Shown here: positions 1 through 10,000 of the stretch, piece after piece
Position numbering within the stretch: position 1 is the stretch's first letter
How the letters are laid out: every line of letters begins with the position of its first letter
Virus record (IMG/VR): IMGVR_UViG_3300027772_000071
Span: 1-37,154 of that record
Direction: 5' to 3' (one strand)
DNA length: 37,154 nt
Source: a virus
Taxonomy: Duplodnaviria > Caudoviricetes
Made by a program: the position numbers and the translations under genes
Notes under the pieces: model-generated
What the model was told of the DNA's origin: nothing
Databases searched by the model: none
Seen by the model: only the letters and a program-made list of their open reading frames with translations

Positions 1-195
1 GCAGCATTCTATTGCCCATACATTCCATTGATGAGCAGTGGTGTTGTTCTTGACCCAGCAACTTTCGAACCAGTCGTGTCATTCATGACACGTTATGGTT
101 ATGTTGAGTTGACAAATACAGCTTCTTCTCTAGGTAACGCAGCTGACTACCTAGCGACTGTTGCTGTAACATCCGCTAACCTACGTTTTGCTTAA
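1..195 (+). CDS. gp23: Major capsid protein, T4 gp23-like, C-terminal end (partial, starts before the window)
   Basis: Frame 1 reads AAFYCPYIPLMSSGVVLDPATFEPVVSFMTRYGYVELTNTASSLGNAADYLATVAVTSANLRFA*. The YCPY..L...DP..F.P...F.TRYG pattern is the gp23-family C-terminal signature. Not in the supplied ORF track. Confidence 0.9.
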   Translation, partial: AAFYCPYIPLMSSGVVLDPATFEPVVSFMTRYGYVELTNTASSLGNAADYLATVAVTSANLRFA

Positions 196-220
196 TCTGT
201 AATACGTATAGTGAAAGTTC

Positions 221-248
221 AAAAAGCACCTTCGGGTGCTTTTTGTTT
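221..248 (+). terminator. Rho-independent terminator after the capsid gene, with a C(UUCG)G tetraloop
   Basis: AAAAAGCACC-TTCG-GGTGCTTTTT is a perfect inverted repeat followed by GTTT. The A and T tracts on either side suggest it could work in both directions. Confidence 0.92.
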
Positions 249-252
249 GACT

Positions 253-258
253 TAAATA
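253..258 (+). promoter_or_regulatory. Late-promoter-like TAAATA box
   Basis: TAAATA lies just after the terminator and 5 nt before the ATG at 264. It resembles the T4 late promoter TATAAATA. Confidence 0.6.
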
Positions 259-263
259 TCAGG

Positions 264-533
264 ATGAAAGTAGAATCAGAACAGGATTTCAAACAACTTC
301 GTGAACAGTTTACGGCATGGCGACATCGCTTTCCTATGTTTATTCATGATGTGCAACGCATTGAAAAAATAATAAATCATCACATTACTGCGCACAGTAA
401 AATAATGGTCATGTACAGACAGACCAAGAATCGCAGTTACTTGGAAAAAGCACAACTAGAAATCGACACTATCAACACGGTATTAGCCACAGTGGAAAAA
501 ATGGAACTGATGAGTCTACTGAGCCGCGGATAA
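264..533 (+). CDS. Hypothetical protein (89 aa, probably helical)
   Basis: ORF MKVESEQ...LLSRG. The ATG at 264 is preferred to the TTG at 243, which overlaps the terminator. Confidence 0.7.
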   Translation: MKVESEQDFKQLREQFTAWRHRFPMFIHDVQRIEKIINHHITAHSKIMVMYRQTKNRSYLEKAQLEIDTINTVLATVEKMELMSLLSRG

Positions 534-604
534 ATAAAGTATCTAGAATTTATTATGCGGTACCCACCGCGTAGACCTAGAACGTCAAATAAAGGAGAAA
601 TCAA
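531..604 (+). promoter_or_regulatory. TAAATA box plus structured 5' leader and RBS
   Basis: TAAATA at 531-536. Hairpin TATGCGGT-ACCC-ACCGCGTA at 554-573. GAC-CTAGAAC-GTC at 574-586. AAGGAG RBS before ATG 605. Confidence 0.55.
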
Positions 605-1000
605 ATGGGACGTCCAGTAAAAAGAGATGTAAACGGTATTCAAGTTTTTGGCACATATGCATCAACTAATGTAGGTATTAGAGTTGTTGCTAATATCGGC
701 GGTACAATCAGAGATGATGTGTATATTCTTAAACAAGCAGGTACAAGAGCATATAGAGTGTTTGATGTATCAGATAGTGCAACAGGACTATGTAGATTGG
801 TCAACAAAGACAACGACAAACTATCAACAGGCGAAATGGTGATGTCAGGTCGTGTAGCTGCTGATGCTAGTGAAGCCACCAACGGTCGTAGAATTAGGAA
901 GTTGACCAAGCGTATAGCTACAGATTTTAGTGGCATTCGTTACAAATGGTATATGGCAGACGACTCTGGATCAGACGATATTTTATTAGTTGCACTATAA
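605..1000 (+). CDS. Hypothetical protein, probably virion-associated
   Basis: 131-aa ORF with a strong RBS. First gene of the structural run. Confidence 0.7.
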   Translation: MGRPVKRDVNGIQVFGTYASTNVGIRVVANIGGTIRDDVYILKQAGTRAYRVFDVSDSATGLCRLVNKDNDKLSTGEMVMSGRVAADASEATNGRRIRKLTKRIATDFSGIRYKWYMADDSGSDDILLVAL

Positions 1001-1013
1001 TCTAGGACCGTAA

Positions 1014-2066
1014 ATGGGACAGTTTCTCAGAGTCAACGGTGACTACAACATTCGAGCAGGCGATGGTGCCAAGATAACACTTGACACTGGCCCTGCTGCG
1101 AGTGGCGGGTTGGTTAGAGTCACTGGCAATCTTGTGGTTGAAGGTGATACCTTTAATATCAGCACCACTAACTTGACCATCGAAGACAACATTATCTCGC
1201 TGAACACCGGAGAAGTTGGTCCAGGTGTATCACTGATATATTCAGGTATTGAAATTGAACGTGGCAACACATCTGCAGTAACACCGCAGAACAATGCCAG
1301 CTTTCTCTATGATGAAAGCACCGACTCATGGATACTGGCACACGGGTCAGCACCTGGTCCGTTTAACTTTGATGCTAGCAGTCTAAGACTCAAACAGATA
1401 CTTACAAACAGCACCACTGATTCAGGCGACCTTACCCTTATAGGTACAGGCACAGGAGTAGTCAAAGTCATAGGTACTACAACCTATGAAGCTCAAGTCA
1501 CACACGATGATGATCTTCCTAATAAAAAATATGTAGATGACGCTATTCAAAACAATCCCACATTTCAGATTGTAGCACCACAAAGTCAAGACACCAAGGT
1601 TGTTATTGCAGATAAAGAAATAACACCTAACACTTCGGGTACAGCTGGCTCTCTAGCCTATTTCACAGCCACAACTACTCACAGCACCTACGGTGAAAGT
1701 GCGGTGAGTATCATTGTTGACAATGCTTTGGTAGGACAGTTCTATACTAATAGATTTGAAATAGGCGATTTAGAAGTTGGCGGTGGGCCTGATCGCAATG
1801 AAATAACTTCTAGAGCCAGTATCACCAACGAAAACATCTATGTTCGAACACAGGGCACAGGCAAACTACAAACCAACTATGCAATCCAAGTAGAAAACAT
1901 TGGAGTGGTTCCCAGCTACGTGTCAAACAGTGTGTTGTTGTATGCTGCTGCGCCTAGTATAGGAACCACCGGATTATATTTTGTCAATGACAGCGCAGAA
2001 GTAGCTAAACAGAACGGCGAGTTGATAAGTAAAAACAAAGCACTGGTATTCAGCATGCTATTTTAA
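1014..2066 (+). CDS. Putative virion structural protein (beta-rich, fibre or baseplate-like)
   Basis: G/T/S/N-rich 350 aa. VTGNLVVEG...TIEDNIISLN...GIEIERG and NKKYVD motifs are typical of phage fibre proteins. Confidence 0.7.
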   Translation: MGQFLRVNGDYNIRAGDGAKITLDTGPAASGGLVRVTGNLVVEGDTFNISTTNLTIEDNIISLNTGEVGPGVSLIYSGIEIERGNTSAVTPQNNASFLYDESTDSWILAHGSAPGPFNFDASSLRLKQILTNSTTDSGDLTLIGTGTGVVKVIGTTTYEAQVTHDDDLPNKKYVDDAIQNNPTFQIVAPQSQDTKVVIADKEITPNTSGTAGSLAYFTATTTHSTYGESAVSIIVDNALVGQFYTNRFEIGDLEVGGGPDRNEITSRASITNENIYVRTQGTGKLQTNYAIQVENIGVVPSYVSNSVLLYAAAPSIGTTGLYFVNDSAEVAKQNGELISKNKALVFSMLF

Positions 2067-2075
2067 GAGACACAT

Positions 2076-2477
2076 ATGATAAGAAATTATGAAACCCCAG
2101 AAGGCACACTATCACTGATTGATTCTACCAGTGTTGCAGTACCTGTAAAAGTTTTTACCAGTTCAACCACAGGCGGTCCAATCGCAGGCGGTGTAACGGG
2201 TAGAGAAAATGCTGTGACTACCATAGCATTGTGCAACACACTAGCACCGGATGCTGCAGACGAAACAACTAATTCAGTCACAGTTAATATATACGTGGTA
2301 AGAAGCGGACTGAGTTATGGCCCTGGAAATCTTGTAGTTAGTAGTTTAGTTGTGCCTGCAGGCGAAACTGTGTTCTTCTCAGAAGAACGCATGGTGTTGG
2401 CCAGTGGTGATGCTATATGGGTCGGAACATCATCGTCTGCGAGGTTAGCTGTTACTGTGAGTGTTCTAGCAGTATGA
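2076..2477 (+). CDS. Small virion protein (paralog family with 6307 and 20274)
   Basis: Pattern IALCN...V.IY......VPAGET.....MVL..GD is echoed in ORFs 6307 and 20274. Confidence 0.65.
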   Translation: MIRNYETPEGTLSLIDSTSVAVPVKVFTSSTTGGPIAGGVTGRENAVTTIALCNTLAPDAADETTNSVTVNIYVVRSGLSYGPGNLVVSSLVVPAGETVFFSEERMVLASGDAIWVGTSSSARLAVTVSVLAV

Positions 2478-3199
2478 AATTCCTAAAGACCAAAAATATT
2501 TCGCAGTTCAGCATCAACGATCGTGCGTTAATTTACTATCCAGCTGGCAATGGTCCTGGTAATAGAGTAGTAGTTAACGCCAACGGTGGCATGATGCTGC
2601 CCAAAGGCACAACTGCACAACGTCCACAGTTGACCAGTGTTCGTCAGCCCACAGATGCCAACGGTACAATTAGATACAATACAACAATTCCTGCACTAGA
2701 AGCCTATGTAGGAGGCGCTTGGGTCACAGTGGCCAGTCCATTTGCTGCTGCTATTACCAAACAAACACTGGGCCCTGGTGACGGTGTATCTACTATTTTT
2801 GGACCGTTGAACACCACCTTTGCGGCATCATACGCTGCCAGCGCAGACAACGTACTTGTGTTGGTAGAAAACGTCATGCAGATTTCTACCACAAACTTTA
2901 CAATAAATCAAAATCCCACAAGCACAGGCACAGGCGCTGAAATCAACGCCACTGCATTAAGTAGTGGCAATAATGGTACCAGTTATGTAATCACTTCAGT
3001 AGGAACCACAACATTTACATCGTTTGGTGCAGGAGCAAACACCGTAGGCACAGTATTCACAAAAAGTGGAGCAACACCTACAGGCTCTGGAACAGTTCGA
3101 ATTGCTGGATATTATATTACATTTACATCAGCAGTACCAAGCACAGGAGGGGGCGGTAATCCAGTTTACGTAACTGTATACTACGGATACGCCAACTAA
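2474..3199 (+). CDS. Putative virion structural protein (241 aa)
   Basis: Start moved to ATG 2474, an ATGA overlap with the upstream stop. Contains the LPKGTTAQRP...GTIRYNT...EAY.G..W module and a GDG.ST.F...LVLVENVMQ domain. Confidence 0.7.
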   Translation: MKFLKTKNISQFSINDRALIYYPAGNGPGNRVVVNANGGMMLPKGTTAQRPQLTSVRQPTDANGTIRYNTTIPALEAYVGGAWVTVASPFAAAITKQTLGPGDGVSTIFGPLNTTFAASYAASADNVLVLVENVMQISTTNFTINQNPTSTGTGAEINATALSSGNNGTSYVITSVGTTTFTSFGAGANTVGTVFTKSGATPTGSGTVRIAGYYITFTSAVPSTGGGGNPVYVTVYYGYAN

Positions 3200-3201
3200 C
3201 C

Positions 3202-5118
3202 ATGAGTCAATTGGGGCGCATAGGCGGACAGGTACTCACAGACAATCTACTACGTGCCGGTGTTGATCTTGCGTTTGAAACTGATCTATTATACATCGAT
3301 GTAAACAATCTGAGGATTGGAGTTAAAGATTCAACTCCTGTATACGATCTTGATGTAAACAACAACATCTACACCAACGAACTCACAGCGGTCACCCAAC
3401 TTGCTCCGGGTAATTTACGTTTTAATTCTCCAGAAACTATTACCACTAGTGTGGGCGGCATTGATGTTTATATTAATGGCGGTGGCGAAATCTTTCATGA
3501 TAGACTTGCTACAGCTAATCTTGTACTAGATGGCAATCTTATATCTAGCGTATCAAACTCAAACATAGTGTTAGACCCTAACGGCACCGGCACAGTTGAG
3601 TTGATGGCTAACACCAATATTACCGGAGACCTTGCAGTCAGCGGTAATATTTCAATGAGTGGAAATCTTACAGGTCTAGGCACACTGACCATCGGTGATC
3701 AGACCATCGATACAGTGACCATAAACACCGATTTTACACAGAGCATTATACCTGGTGATGATGTAACATACGCCATGGGTGCAGATGCTGGAGATTCATC
3801 ACAACGTAGATGGGCAGAGCTGCATTCGCCACAATGGCAGTACATCACCGACGGAGCGTGGCCCGGAAGCGGTATTATACCACTGTCTGCTACGATCAGT
3901 GATCAAATAACTATAGATGGTGTTTTAAATAAAATATCAACTATACAATCTAACGAAGATATATTGTTAAGTCCAGATACAGATATTACAGACATTGAAT
4001 CACTGAAGTTTTATAGAGATATAATCTACGGTATAGCCTCGTCCGGACAAATGTTAAGTGCCCCGGCCACAGCAAGAACTCTAAGAGGAATATTTTTTAA
4101 ATCTGACGGAACTGTGGCATTTTCTTATAACAGTCGCAACGTGGTTTCTTATCCTCTATCGACGCCATGGGATATTTCGTCAATCGGAGATCATACAACC
4201 TTTTCAATTCAAGATCTAAATGCTATAACCGTTGGAGGTATGGGGACGTTAAACAATATGGGACCCTATTTTAAATACGACGGCACAAAATTTTGGGTTA
4301 TGGGCGCCGGTGGTGGATTTTTTAATTTTAATATTTTTGTTTTTGAATATAGTTTATCAACCCCTTGGAATATAACAACGGCTAGCCATATCAACAAAGT
4401 AAATATTGGAATAGGTGTGTTATCTCAACCTTGGTTCAACTCTGACGGAACAAAATTTTATGAAATAAATTGGAACACTGTGGTAAGTCAAGTATCATTT
4501 CAGGTATACACCTGTGTGACAGCTTGGACAATAGTTGGTATGACTGGACCAACAACATATACTTTCTCACTACCTGCAGGATATTATGCTACAGGTCAAG
4601 CGTTTAATGACGACGGAACTGTATTTTGGGCCATTATAAGCAACGGATCAAACACATTTATAAGAAACTATACTCTAGGCACAGCTTGGGATGTTTCGAC
4701 AATGACTTTTGTTATTGACTATCCTAGTTCTTTATCATACACTGAAGGCATTTATCAAAGAGCATCGTCGACTGATCTATATCTACATACCTCAACCACT
4801 ATTTCAAAATTCGCACTGGATACCCCAGATACCAGTAATCAATACATACAAAATCTCAGTAACACTGCTCTGACCGTAGCAGGTACAGGCACAGGTTATT
4901 ATCTGTTTGCAGGCACTAACGGAATGATAATACCTGCTGGGCCAGACATTGATCGAAGAGCAAGTCCGGAAATAGGCGAAACTCGTTGGAACACAGATCT
5001 AGAATATCTTGAATGTTATGATGGCGCAGTGTGGGCAGTAAGCACTGGTGGAGGTATTGAAGTTACCCAAGAAATCATGGAAGATCTCAGCCACGTCTAC
5101 ACCCTCATGCTAGGATAA
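3202..5118 (+). CDS. Virion structural or fibre protein with an inserted beta-propeller-like repeat region; paralog of 5250
   Basis: N- and C-termini align by eye with ORF 5250 (NLLRAG..LAFETDLLY; GTGY....GTNG...P.G). The middle has F..DGT / Y.L.T.W repeats. Confidence 0.72.
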   Translation: MSQLGRIGGQVLTDNLLRAGVDLAFETDLLYIDVNNLRIGVKDSTPVYDLDVNNNIYTNELTAVTQLAPGNLRFNSPETITTSVGGIDVYINGGGEIFHDRLATANLVLDGNLISSVSNSNIVLDPNGTGTVELMANTNITGDLAVSGNISMSGNLTGLGTLTIGDQTIDTVTINTDFTQSIIPGDDVTYAMGADAGDSSQRRWAELHSPQWQYITDGAWPGSGIIPLSATISDQITIDGVLNKISTIQSNEDILLSPDTDITDIESLKFYRDIIYGIASSGQMLSAPATARTLRGIFFKSDGTVAFSYNSRNVVSYPLSTPWDISSIGDHTTFSIQDLNAITVGGMGTLNNMGPYFKYDGTKFWVMGAGGGFFNFNIFVFEYSLSTPWNITTASHINKVNIGIGVLSQPWFNSDGTKFYEINWNTVVSQVSFQVYTCVTAWTIVGMTGPTTYTFSLPAGYYATGQAFNDDGTVFWAIISNGSNTFIRNYTLGTAWDVSTMTFVIDYPSSLSYTEGIYQRASSTDLYLHTSTTISKFALDTPDTSNQYIQNLSNTALTVAGTGTGYYLFAGTNGMIIPAGPDIDRRASPEIGETRWNTDLEYLECYDGAVWAVSTGGGIEVTQEIMEDLSHVYTLMLG

Positions 5119-5132
5119 TTCTTCAAAACTGA

Positions 5133-5249
5133 TAAATAACTTTAATTGCAGGAACGACCATTTTTGCAAGATCCGACTGTGGTAAACCGACAAAGAGCGT
5201 GAGCTGAAAATCTGGTTAACGGTGAAACACCGGGGTTATTGGAGAGCAC
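5133..5249 (+). promoter_or_regulatory. TAAATA box plus multi-hairpin 5' leader (candidate structured RNA)
   Basis: TAAATA at 5133-5138. Hairpins at 5146-5169, 5196-5205 (GTGA, a GNRA loop) and 5220-5232. GGAG RBS before ATG 5250. Confidence 0.55.
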
Positions 5250-6302
5250 ATGGCTATTGGTCGTATTTCCGGTCAGCTCTTAAAGTCTAACTTACTCCGT
5301 GCGGGTGAGAATTTAGCCTTTGAGACAGACTTACTCTATCTGGATGTTGTGAACTCTCGTATCGGGATAAAAACAGCAGCCCCTACCACTGACCTAGATG
5401 TTAACGGACACACTCGTTCCACAAACATCACCGTAGACAATCAACTGAACATTGGTAACCTACACTTTACTGGTAATACCATAACCAGTGATTCCAACAC
5501 CATAAATTTCTCAGCGGCTGCAGGCGAAGCCACTGTTTATCATTCAAGACTACAGATAGATGATCTGCAACTTCAAGGCAGCACTATTTCAACCACGGTC
5601 AGCAACAGCAGTATAGAGCTTGACCCGAATGGCACCGGTACAGTTAATATCATATCCAACACCAATATCACTGGCAATCTTGTGGTCACAGGTAACGTCA
5701 ATGCCACTGGAAATATAGTCATCGGTGGTAATATAACCATCGGTGATGCACTCACAGACAACATTGTAATCAACGCCAGCATCCGCAGTGATCTAGTACC
5801 TGAAACTGATAACACTTACGATTTGGGTTCTGTGGCATATCGTTGGAGAGCTATTTACTCTTATAATCTTTACACCACTGCAATAACAGTTCCAACACTT
5901 GATGTTGGAAATTTGATGTTCCGCGACAATGAAATTACAACAACCACTGGACAAGATCTGTATCTTGACGGCAACGGTGCAGGTGGCGTAAGATTAGGCA
6001 ACTTTCGTATAGTTGATAATGTGATTACTAACGTGGTGTCAAACGCGGTATCACAAATTGCTCAAACTGGCACTGGCTATTTTAAAATACAAGGCACCAA
6101 CGGATTTGTACCTCCTGTGGGAGCAGATGCGACTAGACCAACTGCTTATGCTGTGTTAGGGATGACACGATTTAACACAGATTCTGCTGCTTTAGAAATT
6201 TGGGACGGAGCAGACTGGGCAAGTCCTGCAGGTGCAGCAGGTGCTGTATCTGTTGCAGAAGCCAACGACATCGCAGCACAACTAGCACTTACACTAGGAT
6301 AA
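5250..6302 (+). CDS. Virion structural or fibre protein; paralog of 3202
   Basis: 350 aa with TGNL.VTGN beta-repeats and a C-terminal P.G....RP.....GMTRFNT....E.WDG..W module. Confidence 0.72.
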   Translation: MAIGRISGQLLKSNLLRAGENLAFETDLLYLDVVNSRIGIKTAAPTTDLDVNGHTRSTNITVDNQLNIGNLHFTGNTITSDSNTINFSAAAGEATVYHSRLQIDDLQLQGSTISTTVSNSSIELDPNGTGTVNIISNTNITGNLVVTGNVNATGNIVIGGNITIGDALTDNIVINASIRSDLVPETDNTYDLGSVAYRWRAIYSYNLYTTAITVPTLDVGNLMFRDNEITTTTGQDLYLDGNGAGGVRLGNFRIVDNVITNVVSNAVSQIAQTGTGYFKIQGTNGFVPPVGADATRPTAYAVLGMTRFNTDSAALEIWDGADWASPAGAAGAVSVAEANDIAAQLALTLG

Positions 6303-6306
6303 TAAA

Positions 6307-6639
6307 ATGCCAACAGTATTTAAACACGCACTAGTTACACAAATAGGAACTAATCCCACAGATGTGGTAGAAATTGGCGGCGGGGTTAGAGCCACAGTGA
6401 TCGGTTGTAATCTAGCCAACGTTACGGAATACGATACTGTGGTAGTAGACATACAAGTAATAGGAGCAGATACCACTTCTTCATATTATGTCAAAGGATT
6501 GTCTATTCCTCCAAATACCAGTGTGAAGGTAATAACTCAAGGTGAAAAATTGATCCTTCCAGAAAACACAGAATTACGAATTGTAACAAACACCGCTGAC
6601 AGTGTAGATGCCACTATCAGTTACGTAGAGATATCTTAA
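6307..6639 (+). CDS. Small virion protein (paralog family with 2076 and 20274)
   Basis: 110 aa: IGCNLAN...IPPNTS......GEKLIL...YVEIS. Confidence 0.68.
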   Translation: MPTVFKHALVTQIGTNPTDVVEIGGGVRATVIGCNLANVTEYDTVVVDIQVIGADTTSSYYVKGLSIPPNTSVKVITQGEKLILPENTELRIVTNTADSVDATISYVEIS

Positions 6640-6649
6640 GGAGCGGATC

Positions 6650-7024
6650 ATGGCAGGAATATCAAGTTCATATTATCTAGGTACAACACCATCCGAGTCA
6701 TTAGGAGACTCTCCTCGCTATTGGTATGCTCTTCGAAGAAACGAAGATGGAGAAATATTTTTAGTTAGAAGCGATCAGATTACAGATCTGGATGCTTACG
6801 AATTAAATATCCCCGGACCTCCAGAAGAAGATTTTGAAGATTTTGAAGTTGGAGTTGATTTTTTTGACGGCATTGATTCAACCCATGAAACTCCAAAAGA
6901 AAACATGTATTATCCACAATACAAATGGGATAATAGATCATTATTTTATTATGTTGACAGCGAAGGGATGTTCATTATGAGAATTAATAGAGGATATTCA
7001 TATCCGACCGGAATAAGTTCATAA
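6650..7024 (+). CDS. Hypothetical acidic, aromatic-rich protein, probably structural
   Basis: 124-aa ORF with a TAAGGAG RBS, inside the structural operon. Confidence 0.65.
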   Translation: MAGISSSYYLGTTPSESLGDSPRYWYALRRNEDGEIFLVRSDQITDLDAYELNIPGPPEEDFEDFEVGVDFFDGIDSTHETPKENMYYPQYKWDNRSLFYYVDSEGMFIMRINRGYSYPTGISS

Positions 7025-7038
7025 ACTAGGATCAAGAA

Positions 7039-10000
7039 ATGGCAGAGTTTAAGATAACACGATTTAGATATACCTGGACAGGTGACTGGGATACCACCGT
7101 AGCCACATATTATAAAGATGATGTGGTCTATTATCAAGGATCCTCTTGGGTGTGTATTAGACAGCATTCTCCAACTGTGTTTGTCACTGATCAATCATAC
7201 ACGCCCGCCGGTGAAACAGATGCAGTGCCGGCCTGGACAAAAACCACAGAAGGCAGAAAGTTCCTTGGTCAGTGGGCAAGCAGTACCAGATATGATCCGG
7301 GAGTGTTGGTAATTTCGGGAGGAAATTTATACCTGTGTATAATTAGTCACGAATCGTCAACATATTTTAATACAAATGCAGATAAATTTGAAATATTTGC
7401 TACCGGACATAATTTTAGAAATACATGGACTGCTAGCACAAGATACAGTGTGGGTGATGCTGTGCGATACAACGGCTATACCTATCAATGTACCTTAGAA
7501 CATACTTCAGGCACAGCCTCTGAAGGTATTATAATAGGCAACAATGATGCAAATGACGACAGCACAGCAGAAACATGGTCTGTGATTGTTGAAAATTATA
7601 CATATGTCGGAGGATACCAACCTTCAACCAGATATCGACAAAATGATCTAGTGAAATACGGAGGTAGTATATTAAAATGTATCACTGAACATACATCGTC
7701 GTCTCAAATTACAAACGTAAATTTTCAAACATATCTTTCTGGATTTGAATTTGATAATCAATGGAATTCGTCAACCTATTATGCCATAGGTGATATAGTT
7801 AGACACGGCGGTGTAGTTTATGTGGCCGCCACAAATAATTTAAACAACCAGCCCGGTCAGTCTCTACTATACGATTACGGTCCAGGCGATCCTAATTGGA
7901 CCGTTGTGGCCAAAGGAATAAGATTCCGTGGAGAATACGATGCTCAAAGTAGTATCCAATACCAAGAAGGTGATGTAGTAAGGAGAGGTGGAGCATTGTG
8001 GGTTAGCTTGACCAATCAATTCACTGATGACAGCTCATTGAGATCGTTGGACACATCTAATTGGCAAGTAGTGATTGCTGCGCAGAATATTACAGGGGGT
8101 TGGAGAGACAATCAATATTATAATCTATATGATATTGCTTATTTTAGAGGTGTAACATATGTTGCCAGTACTCCCCACTTTAGTTCTTTTGAAAATTCTC
8201 CTGGCGATAATGGTGAGGGTGTAGATTATTGGACCACGTTAGTAACGGGCAATGAAAGTAATGCATTAACAGTTAAAGGTGACATACTATCGTTTGGACT
8301 TAGAAGAAATATTTTAGAAGATGGCAGTACAGTTTTTACACTAGGTGACGGCAGTACCTACGGGAACATCAGCGTACCTATCGGTGCAGAAGATCAATTG
8401 TTGTATGTTGAAAACAATCAAGGTGACCTAGATTACACCAATTGGGGTACTTTAAACCGAATATATTATGTTGCAACCACAGGTGTTGATAACGACGATC
8501 CCCAGCGAGGCGTAAACTATTTTAAACCATATCGTACTGTGAAATTTGCATTGGAAAAAGCCAACGATGGGTATTCTGGTACAACTTCGATACAGGTCTC
8601 TACTGGAGAATATCAAGAATTATGTCCTATGATTGTTCCTGCTAGAACCGCAATCATAGGAGAAGAGTTGCGATCAGTGTCTATACGTGCCAGTGAGCCT
8701 GTTGCAGAATACGTTCAAGATACAGACAAATTTTTAGAAAGCATAATCAATATAGGAACTAAGCTAGGTAATATTATTCAAGGACTCAATGCAAATTTGT
8801 CGTTGGGTAACAATATATCACAAATTACTGCCGGTGCAGCCACAGCTACCGAAGCAGCAATAGTTAACTCTTTGTGGTCTAGCATAATTTCAGTTATAGA
8901 GTACAAAGTAAATGATAGTGGCGCAATGCCAGCAGTAACTGGCTCAAATACATTAACAGCTGGCGGAAGATTAGTAGCTGTCAATATATTAGAAGCAAAT
9001 AGAGCAGTGATTAAAGCAGAATCTGCAGCATGGATGGCCAATACCTATGCACTTTATATCTATGATTTAGAACAGTGGAGCACAGATATAGATAGACTGA
9101 TTAACGCTGTGCAATATGATTTGCAATATCCTGGAAATTACAAATCTGTGTTAGAAGCAAAATGGTATGCTAACAAAGTCATCGGCAGTCAGCTCGAAGA
9201 TATGTTTTATGTGAGAGATACCACTGGTATTAGAAACATGACTCTTAGAGGTCTAGAAGGTACACTGCCTGCAATAGCCGCAGGCAATGTCTATAGTATT
9301 CCTACCGCAGGTGCATTTGTGAGTCTTGATCCAGGTTGGGGTCCAGCCGACGAAAGAACCTGGATTATCAATAGAAGTTGCTATGTTCAAAACGTCACCA
9401 CCATTGGCACAGGCGCTGTAGGACAAAAAGTTGACGGAGCATTGCACAACGGAGGAAACAAATCAATAGTTTCTAATGATTTTACACAGGTAATATCAGA
9501 CGGCATAGGTGCATGGATGTTAAACGGCGGCCGCGGAGAATTAGTATCCGTGTTTAGTTATTATGCACATATAGGAATGTTTTCCCAAAATGGTGGTATC
9601 ATTCGTGCAACCAACGGTAATAGTTCTTACGGTGATTTTGGGGCAATTGCTGACGGAATCGACCCCACTGAAACTGTGAGATACGGATCTGTTAATACAC
9701 AAACTGAACAGGCAGTGGTGGCCGCTGCCTACGCTGGAGAGATTTTAGACTTTATCTTAGGATTAGAATTTTCAAATTGCGGACAAAATTATACCACAGC
9801 CTCATATGCTATAACAAGTTCCGGTTCAGGAGCTGTAGCCATACAAGAAGAATTCCGAGACAACTCTATGTTTGAATGTCAAGTGCTTACTGGCGGCACT
9901 GGATTTACACAACGAGGTAACCAAGCACAGTCTGGTAGCCCAACAACCATAACACTGGCCTCTGCAGAATCGGCCACTGAAGCACAGATATTAGGCATGC

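Noticed and set aside
5176-5240. c-di-GMP-I riboswitch or hammerhead ribozyme
   Set aside because: Only fragments resemble them (GGTAAAC, CTGAAAA, GAAAC). The required cores and stem order could not be matched, so it is kept as an unassigned structured leader.
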